Source of the DNA: Myxococcota bacterium | Lineage (GTDB): Bacteria > Myxococcota_A > UBA796 > SXON01 | DNA length: 64,000 nucleotides | Reading direction: 5' to 3' | Assembly (NCBI GenBank): GCA_040386535.1 | Contig: JAZKFH010000012.1 | Coordinates: 50,371-114,370 of the forward strand | In this document: positions 29,781 to 40,500 of the stretch, in pieces | How the letters are laid out: the number at the start of each line of letters is the position of its first letter | How positions within the stretch are numbered: position 1 is the first letter of the stretch | The notes under the pieces: model-generated | The model's database searches: none | The model's input: the letters and a program-made list of their open reading frames with translations, nothing else | What the model was told of the DNA's origin: nothing | Position numbers and translations under genes: made by a program

Positions 29781-32700
29781 TACTGCAGGACGGCCCGGAT
29801 CTGCTGCTCACCGACGAGCAGCGAGGCCACGTCGGGCGCGTCGCCCACGATCTGCTCGGTGATGCGCGCGACCTCCCGGATGTTCCCGTTGGCGAGGGCC
29901 TCGGCCGCGCGGTCGGTGCCGAGCTTGAGCTCGTCCCCGATGGTCGTGCGCACCGCGAGATCGCGGAGCAACGCGAGGTAGCGCAGGCGCAGGATGCCCA
30001 GCGCCACCGGATCCCAGCGGCCCACGCCGCGCCGCGCGCTGATGGAGCGCAGGCTCGGGAGGAGCTTGCTCGCGTGCCCGACGGCCTGGTAGCGGCTGGC
30101 GGTCTCGAGGATGCTCTCCCCGCGGGCCGTCGCCACCGCGCACACCTCGCTCGCGATGGCGGCGTTGGACGCGTTCACGATCCGCTCGGCCGTGTCGTGC
30201 GCGATGCCCTTGGACACGAGCCGCGCCACGCTCGCGGCGAAGCTGGCGCTGTCCGAGGCGTCCCGGGTCTCGGCGATGGCCCCGAGGGCCTCCCGGAACA
30301 GGGTCGGGTTCTCGCCCGCCGCGCCCGCGCTGCCCGGCGCGAGCCAGCTCGCCACCAGCTCGGCGACCCCCTGCGTGTAGAGGTTCCACGCGAGGTAGGC
30401 GCCTTCGGGGTTGGACTTCTCCGCCAGGAGCGTCGCCTTGAGGGCGTGCCCGCCGGTCAGATCCATCGCCGCGATCCACGCCCCGGCCACCCGGCCTGCG
30501 CTCGCGCCGGTCAGGTCGAGCATGAGCGGGAAGAACGCCGCGCCGGCGTCCGTCGCCACCTGGGTCAGCACCATCGTCATGCCGATGGCCTTGGCGAGCA
30601 TGTGCTTCGACAGGTCGGCCGCGAAGCGCTCCCGCACCGCGGTGGGGAAGTAGTCGCGCAGGATCTCGTCGAACCGGGGGATGAGCGCCGTGTCGTCCGC
30701 CATGAGCAGCTTGAACACGTGCATCTTCACGTGGGCCTGGAGCACCGCGAGCTCCGGGCGGGTCAGCCCGGTGCCGATCGAGGCGCGCCGCTTCAGATCG
30801 TCGTCCGTGGGGAGGACGAGGAACTGACGCGACACGTTGCCCCGGTTGGCGACCCAGTCGATCGCCCGGCCGTACGGGAACGGATCGGCGCTGGAGCGCA
30901 GCACGTCGAGCGAGATGAGGCGCCCGTTCGCGTTGCAGTCCACCAGCACCGCCGCCGCGACCTCGTCCGTGAGGGTGCGGAGGAAGTCGTTCCGCTCGGT
31001 CTCGGAGAACCGACCCGCCGCGACCATGGGGTTCAAGAGGATCTTGAGGTTGACCTCGTGGTCGGAGCAGTCGACGCCGCCGGAGTTGTCGACGAAGTCC
31101 GTGTTGAGCCGCCCGCCGGCCAGCGCGTACTCGATGCGGGCGGCCTGGGTGAGGCCGAGGTTCCCGCCCTCGCCGATCATCTTCGCCTTGAGCTCCTGCG
31201 CGGTGATGCGCAGCTCGTCGTTCGGCGGATCGTTGGCGTCCGCGTTGGTCTCCCAGGAGGCGCGCACGTACGTGCCGATGCCGCCGTTCCAGAACAGGTC
31301 GACCGGCATCTTGAGGATGAGGGTGACGACCTGGTCGGGGGTGAGCTCCTCGGCGAGGGTGCCGAGGATGGCGCGGGCCTCGACCGACAGCGGCACGGTC
31401 TTCGCGCGGCGATCGAACACGCCGCCGCCGACGGAGATCTTCGACTTGTCGTAGTGATCCCAGCCCTTCACGTCGTTGAAGAGGCGGAGGCGCTCCTCGA
31501 AGGAGGAGTCCGGGTCCGGGTTCGGATCGAGGAAGATGTGGACGTGGTTGAACGCCGCGAGCAGGCGCATCTTGCGCGTCTCGATCACGCCGTTGCCGAA
31601 CACGTCCCCACCACAGTCGCCGACGCCGGCGCAGGTGAACAGGTCCCGATCGGCGTCGAGCCCGAGCTCGCGGAAGTGCCGCTTCACCAGGACCCAGCCG
31701 CCGCGGGCGGTGATGCCGACGACCTTGTGGTCGTAGCCGTTCGACCCGCCGGACGCGAAGGCGTCCCCCAGCCAGAAGCCGTACTCCTTGCTGATCCGGT
31801 TCGCGGTGTCGGACAGGTGCGCGGTGCCCTTGTCGGCCGCGACCACGAGGTACGGATCGTCCCCGTCGAGCGCGACCACGCGCGGGGGCCGGACCACGGC
31901 GCCGTCGACGATGTTGTCGGTCACGTCGAGCATGCCGCGCATGAGGAACTGGTAGAGCTCGTCGCCCTTGCGACGGCGCTCGGCCGCGTCCGCGATCGTG
32001 TACTTGATGTAGAAGCCGCCCTTGCTGCCTTCCGGCACGATGACGACGTTCTTGACCATCTGCGTGGTGACGAGCCCGAGGATCTCGGTGCGGAAGTCCG
32101 CGCGGTCCGAGAACCGGATGCCGCCGCGCGCGATCGGCCCGCCGCGCAGATGCACACCCTCGACCTCGCGATGGTGGACGTAGATCTCCACCATCATCTT
32201 GGGGAGGGGGAGGTCCTTCGCCTTCGCGTGGTCGATCTTGACGCTGATGTAGTGGGCGACCCGATCGGTGCGGTAGAAGTTCGTGCGCAACGTGGAGTCC
32301 ACGAGGTTCACGAGGCGACGCATGACGAAGTCTTCGTCGTTCGTCTTGATCTCGAGGAGCAGATCCTTGAGGTGCTCCTCGGCCTCGGCCACGACGGCCG
32401 CGCGGTCGCCGACGAGGTCCGGATCGAACTTCGCGTGGAACAGGCGGATGATCGCGGCGACCACGGGGGCCTGGTTGAGCAGGATCTCCTGCACGCGCAC
32501 CATCGGGTGGCGCAGGCCGATCTGGCGCGCGTAGCCGAAGTAGGCGCGGACGAGATCGACCTCTTCCCACGTCAGCCCGGCGCGCAGGACGAGGCGGTTG
32601 TAGGGGTCGGACCCGAGGTGCTTCTGGAACACGGCTTCGAGGCCGGACACGAGGCGATCCGCGCGGGCGAGCAGCTCCTCGCGCGTGATGCCGGGCACCG

Positions 32701-34408
32701 ACGCGATGCGGAACGTGTCGACGTGCTGGGGCGCGAGGCCCTTCGGGTGCACGGGCGTCGCGGACTGGTCGCTGATGACGAGCCCGAAGTTGTCGATGAC
32801 CGGCATGAGATCGGTCAGCAGGATGTCGTGCATCTCGTAGACGCGCAGCAGGACATCGTCTCCCTCGACGGAGACACGGGCGGCCACGCGGCCGGTGCGG
32901 CGCACGTCTTCGAGGCGGGCGATGTCCTCGACCGACTGCTCGGCGGAGGCGCGCTCGGTGTACTCGGGGGGGAACGCGTTGGCGTACCGGGCGAGCAGCG
33001 ACGGGGCCCTGTCGCCGAAGCGGGCGGTGAGGGTAGGGCCGATCCGCTCGGTCCACGGGGTGGTCAGCTCGGCGATGTAGAGCTGGAGCCGATCGGTGTC
33101 GGCCTGGGTGAGCGGGCGCGTGCCGGTCTGGTAGACCTGGAGCAGCGCGGTGTCGAAGCGGCCGGCGAAGAGGCCGCTGTCGCTGTAGCTCGCGCCGGTG
33201 AGCTGGCCGAGGAACGCGAGCGTACGGTTGCGCACCGACTCGGAGTAGCGGCGCTCGGGGATGGCGAAGAGCGTGAAGGTGGTCTGGCCCTGGTCACGCT
33301 GGGTGACGTGGACCCGCGCGACCTGGTCCTGCTCGGCGTCGAACACGCGGTCGAGCACGTCCCGGATCTGGTCGGGGCTCGCCGCGAACAACCACTCGGT
33401 GGGGAGGGAGTCGAAGATGTTCGCGAGGCCGCGGTAGCGGTAGGAGTTCGGGCGCTGCCGGGTCTCGGAGAGCACGGAGTCGAGCACGCGCCGGAGGATG
33501 GGGAGGTGGCGGCACGGCTGGGTGAGCGCGCGGTGGGTGAACACGCCGCGGATCACGACGGGCCCGCTGGGGAGCTGGACCCGGATCTCGTCGACGCGGC
33601 CGTGGCGGTGCACGGGGGCGTCCACCTGGCCCTTGTGGATGTGGATGAGGCTCTCGGTGACGAGCGCGGCGGGCGCTGGCCACAACGTGGAGGGCGCGAG
33701 GCGATCGGCGCCCAGGCGGCCGTTGCCGCCGTCGGCATCCGCGCCGGTGACGCCGATGAACACGAAGTTGTCGGACAGGAGCCAGCGGAGGAGCTCGGCG
33801 GTCTCGATGCCGTCCTCACCGCTCACGTCGAACGCCGACTCGGCCGCGTTCTCGACGCGGCGGCACATGGCGTCGAAGTCGGCCACCATCGCCCGGGCGA
33901 TGGTGAGGCGCTCGGTCAGGTCGGCCTGGAGCGCCTCGGCCATCGAGGCGTCGATGCCTGAGGCCTCGAACGCCACCAGCGACTCGGTGCGGCCCTCTCC
34001 CTCGGAGGCCACGGAGACGCCGTCGGGGCCGCGGTTCACCCGGATGACGACGTTGAAGCCCGAGACGTGCTGCGCGCCCTGATCCCGGAGCGCGAAGCGG
34101 AGCGTGTCGACGATGAACGGCTGGTCCACCATGGCGGAGATGATCCGCACGCCGCCGTCGGCCGGGGTCACGCGGACGTTCGGACCGTCGTGCTGCACGG
34201 TGGAGAAGAAGCGCCACGTGTCGAGCAGCATCTCCGCGGATTCGGTCGGCTCGAGCTCCGCGAAGCTCGCCGTGCGGGCGAGGGCGATGCAGGCTGAGGC
34301 GAAGACCGCGAAACGCTCGGCCTCCTCGGGTGCGAGGGTGGCGCCGAGGGCGCGTACCGCGGCGTTCACACGGGAGACAATGGCGTCTCGTTGCGGATGA
34401 TTGGGCAT
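29780..34408 (-). CDS. Large NAD-specific glutamate dehydrogenase
   Basis: VEGVHLRGGPIARGGIRFSDR, VKNVVIVP.GSKGGF, DPYLVVAADKGTA, GDAFASGGS, DNSGGVDCSDHEVN. Confidence 0.95.
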   Translation of the reverse strand: MPNHPQRDAIVSRVNAAVRALGATLAPEEAERFAVFASACIALARTASFAELEPTESAEMLLDTWRFFSTVQHDGPNVRVTPADGGVRIISAMVDQPFIVDTLRFALRDQGAQHVSGFNVVIRVNRGPDGVSVASEGEGRTESLVAFEASGIDASMAEALQADLTERLTIARAMVADFDAMCRRVENAAESAFDVSGEDGIETAELLRWLLSDNFVFIGVTGADADGGNGRLGADRLAPSTLWPAPAALVTESLIHIHKGQVDAPVHRHGRVDEIRVQLPSGPVVIRGVFTHRALTQPCRHLPILRRVLDSVLSETRQRPNSYRYRGLANIFDSLPTEWLFAASPDQIRDVLDRVFDAEQDQVARVHVTQRDQGQTTFTLFAIPERRYSESVRNRTLAFLGQLTGASYSDSGLFAGRFDTALLQVYQTGTRPLTQADTDRLQLYIAELTTPWTERIGPTLTARFGDRAPSLLARYANAFPPEYTERASAEQSVEDIARLEDVRRTGRVAARVSVEGDDVLLRVYEMHDILLTDLMPVIDNFGLVISDQSATPVHPKGLAPQHVDTFRIASVPGITREELLARADRLVSGLEAVFQKHLGSDPYNRLVLRAGLTWEEVDLVRAYFGYARQIGLRHPMVRVQEILLNQAPVVAAIIRLFHAKFDPDLVGDRAAVVAEAEEHLKDLLLEIKTNDEDFVMRRLVNLVDSTLRTNFYRTDRVAHYISVKIDHAKAKDLPLPKMMVEIYVHHREVEGVHLRGGPIARGGIRFSDRADFRTEILGLVTTQMVKNVVIVPEGSKGGFYIKYTIADAAERRRKGDELYQFLMRGMLDVTDNIVDGAVVRPPRVVALDGDDPYLVVAADKGTAHLSDTANRISKEYGFWLGDAFASGGSNGYDHKVVGITARGGWVLVKRHFRELGLDADRDLFTCAGVGDCGGDVFGNGVIETRKMRLLAAFNHVHIFLDPNPDPDSSFEERLRLFNDVKGWDHYDKSKISVGGGVFDRRAKTVPLSVEARAILGTLAEELTPDQVVTLILKMPVDLFWNGGIGTYVRASWETNADANDPPNDELRITAQELKAKMIGEGGNLGLTQAARIEYALAGGRLNTDFVDNSGGVDCSDHEVNLKILLNPMVAAGRFSETERNDFLRTLTDEVAAAVLVDCNANGRLISLDVLRSSADPFPYGRAIDWVANRGNVSRQFLVLPTDDDLKRRASIGTGLTRPELAVLQAHVKMHVFKLLMADDTALIPRFDEILRDYFPTAVRERFAADLSKHMLAKAIGMTMVLTQVATDAGAAFFPLMLDLTGASAGRVAGAWIAAMDLTGGHALKATLLAEKSNPEGAYLAWNLYTQGVAELVASWLAPGSAGAAGENPTLFREALGAIAETRDASDSASFAASVARLVSKGIAHDTAERIVNASNAAIASEVCAVATARGESILETASRYQAVGHASKLLPSLRSISARRGVGRWDPVALGILRLRYLALLRDLAVRTTIGDELKLGTDRAAEALANGNIREVARITEQIVGDAPDVASLLVGEQQIRAVLQ

Positions 34409-34543
34409 CGATGGACCTCGGAGGGAGAGGACGGGCGGCGGCCATACACACGGCACAGGGCGCCGGGCGAGGGGCGGAAGTTTATTTCAGGGGCCAGCTG
34501 CCGGACAGGGGCCTTGCGATAACGTCTGCAACATCAGGCTGGG

Positions 34544-35467
34544 TCAGGGCGCGGCATACACGGGGGTTACGGCGTCGCCGCGGATCTCGAGCGCCGCGAG
34601 GTGCCCGCCGTAGTGGGCGGAGATGCCCGTATCGATCCCCCAGAGCTGGCCGCCGCAGCGCTCGGCGACACGCCCGCTGTCCTGCGTGGTGTGGCCGACG
34701 ACCATGCGGGTGGCGCCGAGCTCGGTGAGGGCCCGACCGAGCTCCGCGCAGGCGGTGACGGGGTCGGAGAGCAGGTAGGTGCGGTTCCACAACGGGCCGT
34801 CCGAACCGAGCACCTCGGGGGGCCCCTGGCCGAGCAGGGCCGCGCGGATCGTCGCGTTGAGCCCACGCACGCCGAGGCGGGCCCAGCGCGCGTCCACCCC
34901 GCCGTGCGCGAACACGGTGCCGCCGACGCGCGCGACGCCGTCCTGCGCGAGGAGCCAGGCGCCGTCGTCCCCGGTGGGGGCGTAGGCCGCCTTGCGCGCG
35001 GCCTCCCCGCCGTAGGACGCGAGGTCCTCCGGGCTGACGTAGCGCCAGTCGCCGTTGAGGTTCATGACCTCGTGGTTGCCGAGGAGCGGCACGACCTCGC
35101 CCCCGGCCGCGCGCGCCTCCCCCTGTAGGCGGCGCATCAGCGCGATCACCCCGCGGGAGTCCGGGCCCCGATCGGTGATGTCGCCTGTCTGCACCAGCCA
35201 GGTCTTGCCGCCGGCCCACGCGCCGGTCGCGTCGACCAGCCCCGCGAGCCGGAAGACGGCGAGCGCGGACGCGAGATCGCCGTGCAGATCGCCGATCGCG
35301 ACGAGGCGTTCGGGGGCCGGCCGGCCCTCGGGCGGCGGCGCCGCGGCCGGCGCGGTGGCTCCCGTCGGACCGGGTCGTGGAGCCTCGGACGGCGCCGGCT
35401 CGGGAGAAACCGGGGCGCCCGGCGCCGACATGCAGGACACGAGGAGGAGCAGCGGCATGCGCGCCAC
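34544..35467 (-). CDS. Metallophosphoesterase (Shewanella-like phosphatase type), probable lipoprotein
   Basis: GDLHGD, GDITDRG, GNHE, FAHGG, GPLWNR, VGHT, IDTGIS. Confidence 0.9.
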   Translation of the reverse strand: MARMPLLLLVSCMSAPGAPVSPEPAPSEAPRPGPTGATAPAAAPPPEGRPAPERLVAIGDLHGDLASALAVFRLAGLVDATGAWAGGKTWLVQTGDITDRGPDSRGVIALMRRLQGEARAAGGEVVPLLGNHEVMNLNGDWRYVSPEDLASYGGEAARKAAYAPTGDDGAWLLAQDGVARVGGTVFAHGGVDARWARLGVRGLNATIRAALLGQGPPEVLGSDGPLWNRTYLLSDPVTACAELGRALTELGATRMVVGHTTQDSGRVAERCGGQLWGIDTGISAHYGGHLAALEIRGDAVTPVYAAP

Positions 35468-35515
35468 CTATCCAGGGGCCCGGCAGCCGGATAGCCCGAC
35501 AGGCTGGAGGCCATC

Positions 35516-36778
35516 GTGGACGATCGCGCGCGGTTGGTGGCGGTGATGGAGCAGGCGAGGGATGGGGGCGCCAAGGCCGCCGAGGTGCTCCGCGTTCGTC
35601 GGGTCTCCCTGGAGCAGACCGGCTCGCGGCAAGCACCAGTGCAACGCGAGGAGATCGTCTGGACCGTCCGCTTGTGGCGGGAGGGCGGCACCGCTGGGCT
35701 CGGCACGGCGTCGATCGCGGCGGACGCCGTCGCCAAGGCGCTCGCGGTCGCCGAGCGCGCGGCTCCCGACGTGTTGGCCGGGCCCGCCGAGCGCATGGCG
35801 ATCCGGACGGGCGCCCTCGGCATCGACGACCATCGCCACCCGCAGATCGCCGAGGAGGATCGCACCGAGATCCTCGCGTTCGCCGAGAAGGCGTTCAACC
35901 AGGGGGGCCTCAAGGCGCGATCGCTGAAGTACCGGCAGTGGCGGGACGAGCGGTCGTGGATGAACTCGCGTGGCGTCGAGGCCACCGAGAACGCCACGTC
36001 GTACGAGGTCTCCGCCGAGGTCGCTGTCGGCGACGCGACCGCCCGCCACCGCATCGCATCCCGCCACTTCTCCGACGTAGCGAGCCTCCCCTTCGGGCCC
36101 GAGCTGCGGCGCCGGATGGAGCCGCTCGCCCGTCCGGTCGCGCGCCCGCCCGGAAGCCTGCCGATCGTGTTCGAGCCGCGGCTGATGGCCGACCTCGTGC
36201 GGGGGCTCGCGCCCGCGTTCTCGGCCCTCTCGGTGGCCGAGGGCGGCTTCCTCGCCCCGCTGCTCGGCAAGCGGCTCGCCAACCCGATGTTCCACGTCAC
36301 GGACGACGCGGGCCTGTTCGGCGGCCTCCACACACGCGCCTTCGACGACCGCGGCGTGCCGCCGATCGCGGTGGCGCTGCTGAAGGAGGGTGTGGTCCAC
36401 GGCCTCTACCACGACCCCGAGACCGCCCGCGCAGGCGGTTGGCGCCCCACCGGGCACGTCTCGAACGGCGTGCTCGGGCCCACCAACCTCATCGTCCGCC
36501 CCGGCGCGCGCACCCGCAACGTGATCCTCGCGGAGCTGGGCCACTACCTGCTCCTCGACCGCCTGCCGGCCATCGATCTGCGCAGCGGCCGTCTCCGCGG
36601 CGAGGTGCCGGTGGTGGTCGTGGAGAAGGGGGAGCGGATCGGCAGCGTGCGCGTCCCGTTCGATGTGCCGCTCGTCACCCTCCTGATGGCGATCCGCGAG
36701 GTCGCCGCGGACCAGGAGCGGAGCTGTGAGGTCGACGCGCCGACCACCGTGTTCGAGGGGTCGGTGTTGGCTGGCTGA
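35516..36778 (+). CDS. TldD/PmbA family protein (PmbA-like)
   Basis: LGKRLA....VTDD, FDDRGVP, PTGH....PTNL; no HExxxH. Confidence 0.8.
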   Translation: MDDRARLVAVMEQARDGGAKAAEVLRVRRVSLEQTGSRQAPVQREEIVWTVRLWREGGTAGLGTASIAADAVAKALAVAERAAPDVLAGPAERMAIRTGALGIDDHRHPQIAEEDRTEILAFAEKAFNQGGLKARSLKYRQWRDERSWMNSRGVEATENATSYEVSAEVAVGDATARHRIASRHFSDVASLPFGPELRRRMEPLARPVARPPGSLPIVFEPRLMADLVRGLAPAFSALSVAEGGFLAPLLGKRLANPMFHVTDDAGLFGGLHTRAFDDRGVPPIAVALLKEGVVHGLYHDPETARAGGWRPTGHVSNGVLGPTNLIVRPGARTRNVILAELGHYLLLDRLPAIDLRSGRLRGEVPVVVVEKGERIGSVRVPFDVPLVTLLMAIREVAADQERSCEVDAPTTVFEGSVLAG

Positions 36779-36804
36779 TTTCGGGCAGACCTCCCTCCAC
36801 CCTC

Positions 36805-36847
36805 TGAAAACGAAGAACCCCCGGTCGGATCGCTCCGGCCGGGGGCC
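36805..36847 (-). terminator. Rho-independent terminator after the tail-tube gene
   Basis: Minus strand CCCCCGGCCGGA-GCGA-TCCGACCGGGGG followed by GTTCTTCGTTTTC. Confidence 0.7.
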
Positions 36848-36882
36848 TCTTGAACCAGGCGCTCGAGGCGCCAGGGTCGGGA

Positions 36883-37326
36883 CTACCCGCGCTCGACCTT
36901 CTCCACCGCGATCTCGATCTTTTCGATCGCCATCGCCGAGGAGTCGGAGTTCATGTCCGGCACGTACCACTTGCAGGGCCAGCCTTCGTAGAAGTTGTAG
37001 CGGGCAACTTCGGTCTGGCCGTCCTGGTCGAGGATGATGATCGAGCCGGAGCGGCGGTCGATCTTGCCGTTCTCGATGTTCTGGCGCCACTGCCACAGGT
37101 CGTCGGTGGCGGTGTAGCCGCGCTCGAGGACGATGTTGGCGTAGGTGGTGCGGCCCGGCTTCTTGCGGACGACGGTGTCGTTGCCCTGCTTGAACTCGAC
37201 GATCTCCGTCTCCGAGTCCATGCCGGACATGCTCTTGAAGCCGCCGACGATGATCTTGTTGTCGCTGATGATGCCCTGCACTTCGAGGAGGAAGTTGTAG
37301 GCGCCGAACAGTTCTTCGGTGGGCAT
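36883..37326 (-). CDS. T4 gp19-like tail tube protein (contractile injection system tube, TIGR02241-like)
   Basis: YNFLLEV, GFKSMSGM, EFKQG, KKPGR..Y.NIVLERG, LWQW, RRSGSI, WPCKW, AIEKIEIA. Confidence 0.9.
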   Translation of the reverse strand: MPTEELFGAYNFLLEVQGIISDNKIIVGGFKSMSGMDSETEIVEFKQGNDTVVRKKPGRTTYANIVLERGYTATDDLWQWRQNIENGKIDRRSGSIIILDQDGQTEVARYNFYEGWPCKWYVPDMNSDSSAMAIEKIEIAVEKVERG

Positions 37327-37501
37327 GGTCGTTCTCCGTGGTGGGTTTCTCCCGTACGCGAAGGCTTGCGTACGGGCGGTCGAGCCGACGGTCCCTTGTC
37401 TGGTGCGCCTTCAGGGAACGGCGGGCTCGGCAAGATTCCCTGAGATTGCGCGGCGGATCAAGAGGAGGCGGTGACTTTTCTGCGGAGATCGCGTTTCGAT
37501 C

Positions 37502-40500
37502 TTAGCGACGCTTCGTTCGCCCGTCCGCCACCGGCCCGTCCGGCCGCTCGCCGAGGCGCTGCAGTACCCACTCCAGCACGCGGAAGGGATGGGCGCCCTC
37601 CTGCGGCGTGAAGCGCACCTCGATCTCGCGCTCGCCGACACGGCGGAACCGGGCGGGCTCGTTCGTGAGGAGCCGTTCCAAAGTCTGCGGGAGGACCTGC
37701 GTGGGCGCGTGCAGGCGCACCAGCAGGCGGACCTTGAGGAACGCGACGTTCTCGATGCCGAGCTCCCGACACCGCACCCGGCTCTCCGAGAGCCAGCCGA
37801 GGTTGAGCACCTCGGGCGGAGGCGGGCCGTAGAGGTGCTCCAGCCGCTCGACGATGCTCCGCGCCTCGTCCCGGGTGCGCGCGCGTGCCAGCCGCTGGTA
37901 GGTCTCCAGGCGCTCGGACAGGTCGGGCACGTAGTCGTCGGGGATCCACGAGGGCGCGGCCACCTCGATCTCCGGCTCGAGCTGGCGGCGCGAGGCCTCG
38001 CCGCGGGCCTCCTGGACCGCCTCCTCGAGCAGCTCGAGGTACGCGTCGAAGCCGATGGCGGCGATGTGGCCGTGCTGCTTGTCGCCGAGAAAGTCGCCGC
38101 CGCCGCGTAGCTCGAGGTCGTTCGACGCGAGCGCGAAGCCGCTGCCGAGCTCGGTGTTCTCCTGGAGCACGCGCAGCCGCGCAATCGCCTCACGACGGAG
38201 ATCCCCTGCGCCGCGCACCAGCAGCGTGCAGGTCGCGCGGGCCGTGCCGCGGCCGATGCGGCCCCGGAGCTGGTAGAGCTGCGCCAGCCCGAGGTGGTCG
38301 GCGTTGTCGATGATCATCGTGTTGACGTTCGGCAGGTCGACGCCGCTCTCGATGATCGTGGTGCACACCAGCACGTTTGACTCGCGACGAACGAAGCCGA
38401 CGAGCACGCGCTCCAGCCCCTCATCGGACATCTGGCCGTGCCCGACGGCCACGTTCGCCTCGGGGACGACCTCGCGCACCCACTGCGCGATGACCTCGAT
38501 GTCCTCGACGCGGTTGTGCACGAAGAACACCTGCCCGCCGCGCCGCAGCTCGTGGAGCACGTCCTCCCGGACGCGCTCGGCCGAGAACCGCGCGATCTCG
38601 GTGCGGACCGGGTGGCGGCCGGTGGGCGGGGTGGCCATGACGGAGAGCTGGCGCACCCCCGACAGCGCCATCTGGAGCGTGCGCGGGATGGGCGTGGCCG
38701 ACATGGAGAGCGTGTGGGCGCCGGTCGCGAGCTTCTTGAGGGCTTCTTTCTGCCCGACGCCGAAGCGATGCTCCTCGTCGACCACCACGAGCGCGAGGTT
38801 CTTGAAGCGGACCGCGCGGCCGAGCGCGCGGCTGGTCGCGATCAAGACGTCGACGCTGCCCGCGGCGAGGTCCGTGTGGATGCGCTTCACGTCGGCCGGG
38901 CTCTGGAACCGGGAGAGCACCTCGACCCGGATGGGGAAACCTTCGAGGCGGCGGCGGAACGACTCGCCGTGCTGGAAGGCGAGGATGGTCGTCGGGCAGA
39001 GGAGCACGGCCTGGGCGCCGCCCTCGACCACCCGGAAACACGCGCGCATCGCGACTTCCGTCTTGCCGAAGCCCACGTCCCCCACGAGGAGGCGATCCAT
39101 CGGCTCCTCCTGGCGCAGATCGTCCAGCACGTCGGCGATGGCGCGCTCCTGGTCGGGCGTCTCGACGAACGGGAAGGTCTCCTCGAACTGCTGGTACAGC
39201 GCGTCCTTGCCGTAGAAGGCCTGCGCTTTCACGATCTTGCGGCGTGCGTAGAGGCGCAGGAGCTCGTGCGCCATCTTCAGGACGGCGTCCTTCACCTTGG
39301 CCCGACGCGCATCCCACGTCACGCCGCCCAGCCGGTCGAGCCGAGGCGTGGCGCCCTCGCCCACCGACCGGTAGGGCATGAGCAGATCGAGGCGATGGAC
39401 GGGGACGTACAACTTCTCGCCGTCGCGGAAGGCGACGATCACGAAGTCCCCCGCGACCTCGCCGAGCGGCATCCGCGCGAGCCCCTGGTACTGCCCGATG
39501 CCGTGCCGATCGTGCACCACCAGGTCCCCCGGGCGCACCCCAGCGAAGCTGGCGGCAGCGGCCCGGCGGAAGTCTCCCGAGCCCGACCGCACGCCGGCCT
39601 CGCGGCGCTCCACGTGCTCGACGAAGATCTCGTCCGCCGAGACGAACACGGCCTCGTCCGACACGAACCCCTGCGGGAGGTCTCCCACCTCCAGGCCGAG
39701 CTCGCCGGGGCGCGCGCGCCCGGTGCCGAACGTGAGGCCGTGCGGCTCGAACAGGGCGCGGAGACGCTCGGCGCGGCCGGCGCTCTCGGCCACCACGGTC
39801 ACGGCGCGCCCGTCCTGGTGCCACGCGCGGAGCTGCTTGATCACGGGCGAAAGGTCACCCGCGCCCACCTTCAGCGACGCGGTGGTGCGGGTCTCGAAGG
39901 GGACCGCCCCCTCGAACACGAGCGAGGTGAGGGGAACGCCGCCCTCGAGGTGCGCCTCGTCGACCGGGAGATAACGGTCGAAGGGCCGCACGAGCGGGCG
40001 ATCTTCGGGATCGAGCGCGTCGAAGCGGGCGCGCACCTGCTCGTCGAAGCGGCGGAGCTCCGCACGCACGAGATCGGGCTCGACGACGTAGAGCGGCGCG
40101 CCGGGGCGGACCGCCGCGAGGTCGACCAGGGCGGGCAGGTAGTCCTCCGCGCCCGGAAACCAGACGCCGTTGCGCAGGTCCTGGAGGACGCGGCGGCGCT
40201 CGGCAGGGGCGACGTCCCGCTCGCTCGCCAACGTGTGGATGTACGCCGCGGCGCGCTCGGCCGAGGCCGCGTCGAGCGTGGCCTCCCGGGCCGGAAGGAG
40301 GCGGAGGAACTCGCGCTTTCCGGTGCCGCGCTGGGTCTTCGCGTCGAACGTGCGGATGGACGCCACCTCGTCGTCGAACCACTCGATCCGCGCGGGCGCC
40401 GCCGCCCCGGTGCTCCAGATGTCGGTGAGCCCGCCGCGCACGGACCAGCAGCCGGGCTCCTCCACGCGTTGGGTCGCGAGGTAGCCGCGGGCGCCGAGCC

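Noticed and set aside
35516..36778. PmbA-like gene as evidence of a RiPP cluster
   Set aside because: No precursor, YcaO or TldD partner in the window; PmbA homologs are common housekeeping genes
36883..37326. Prophage or T6SS locus
   Set aside because: No integrase, capsid, terminase, sheath or Tss genes nearby; flanks are housekeeping genes
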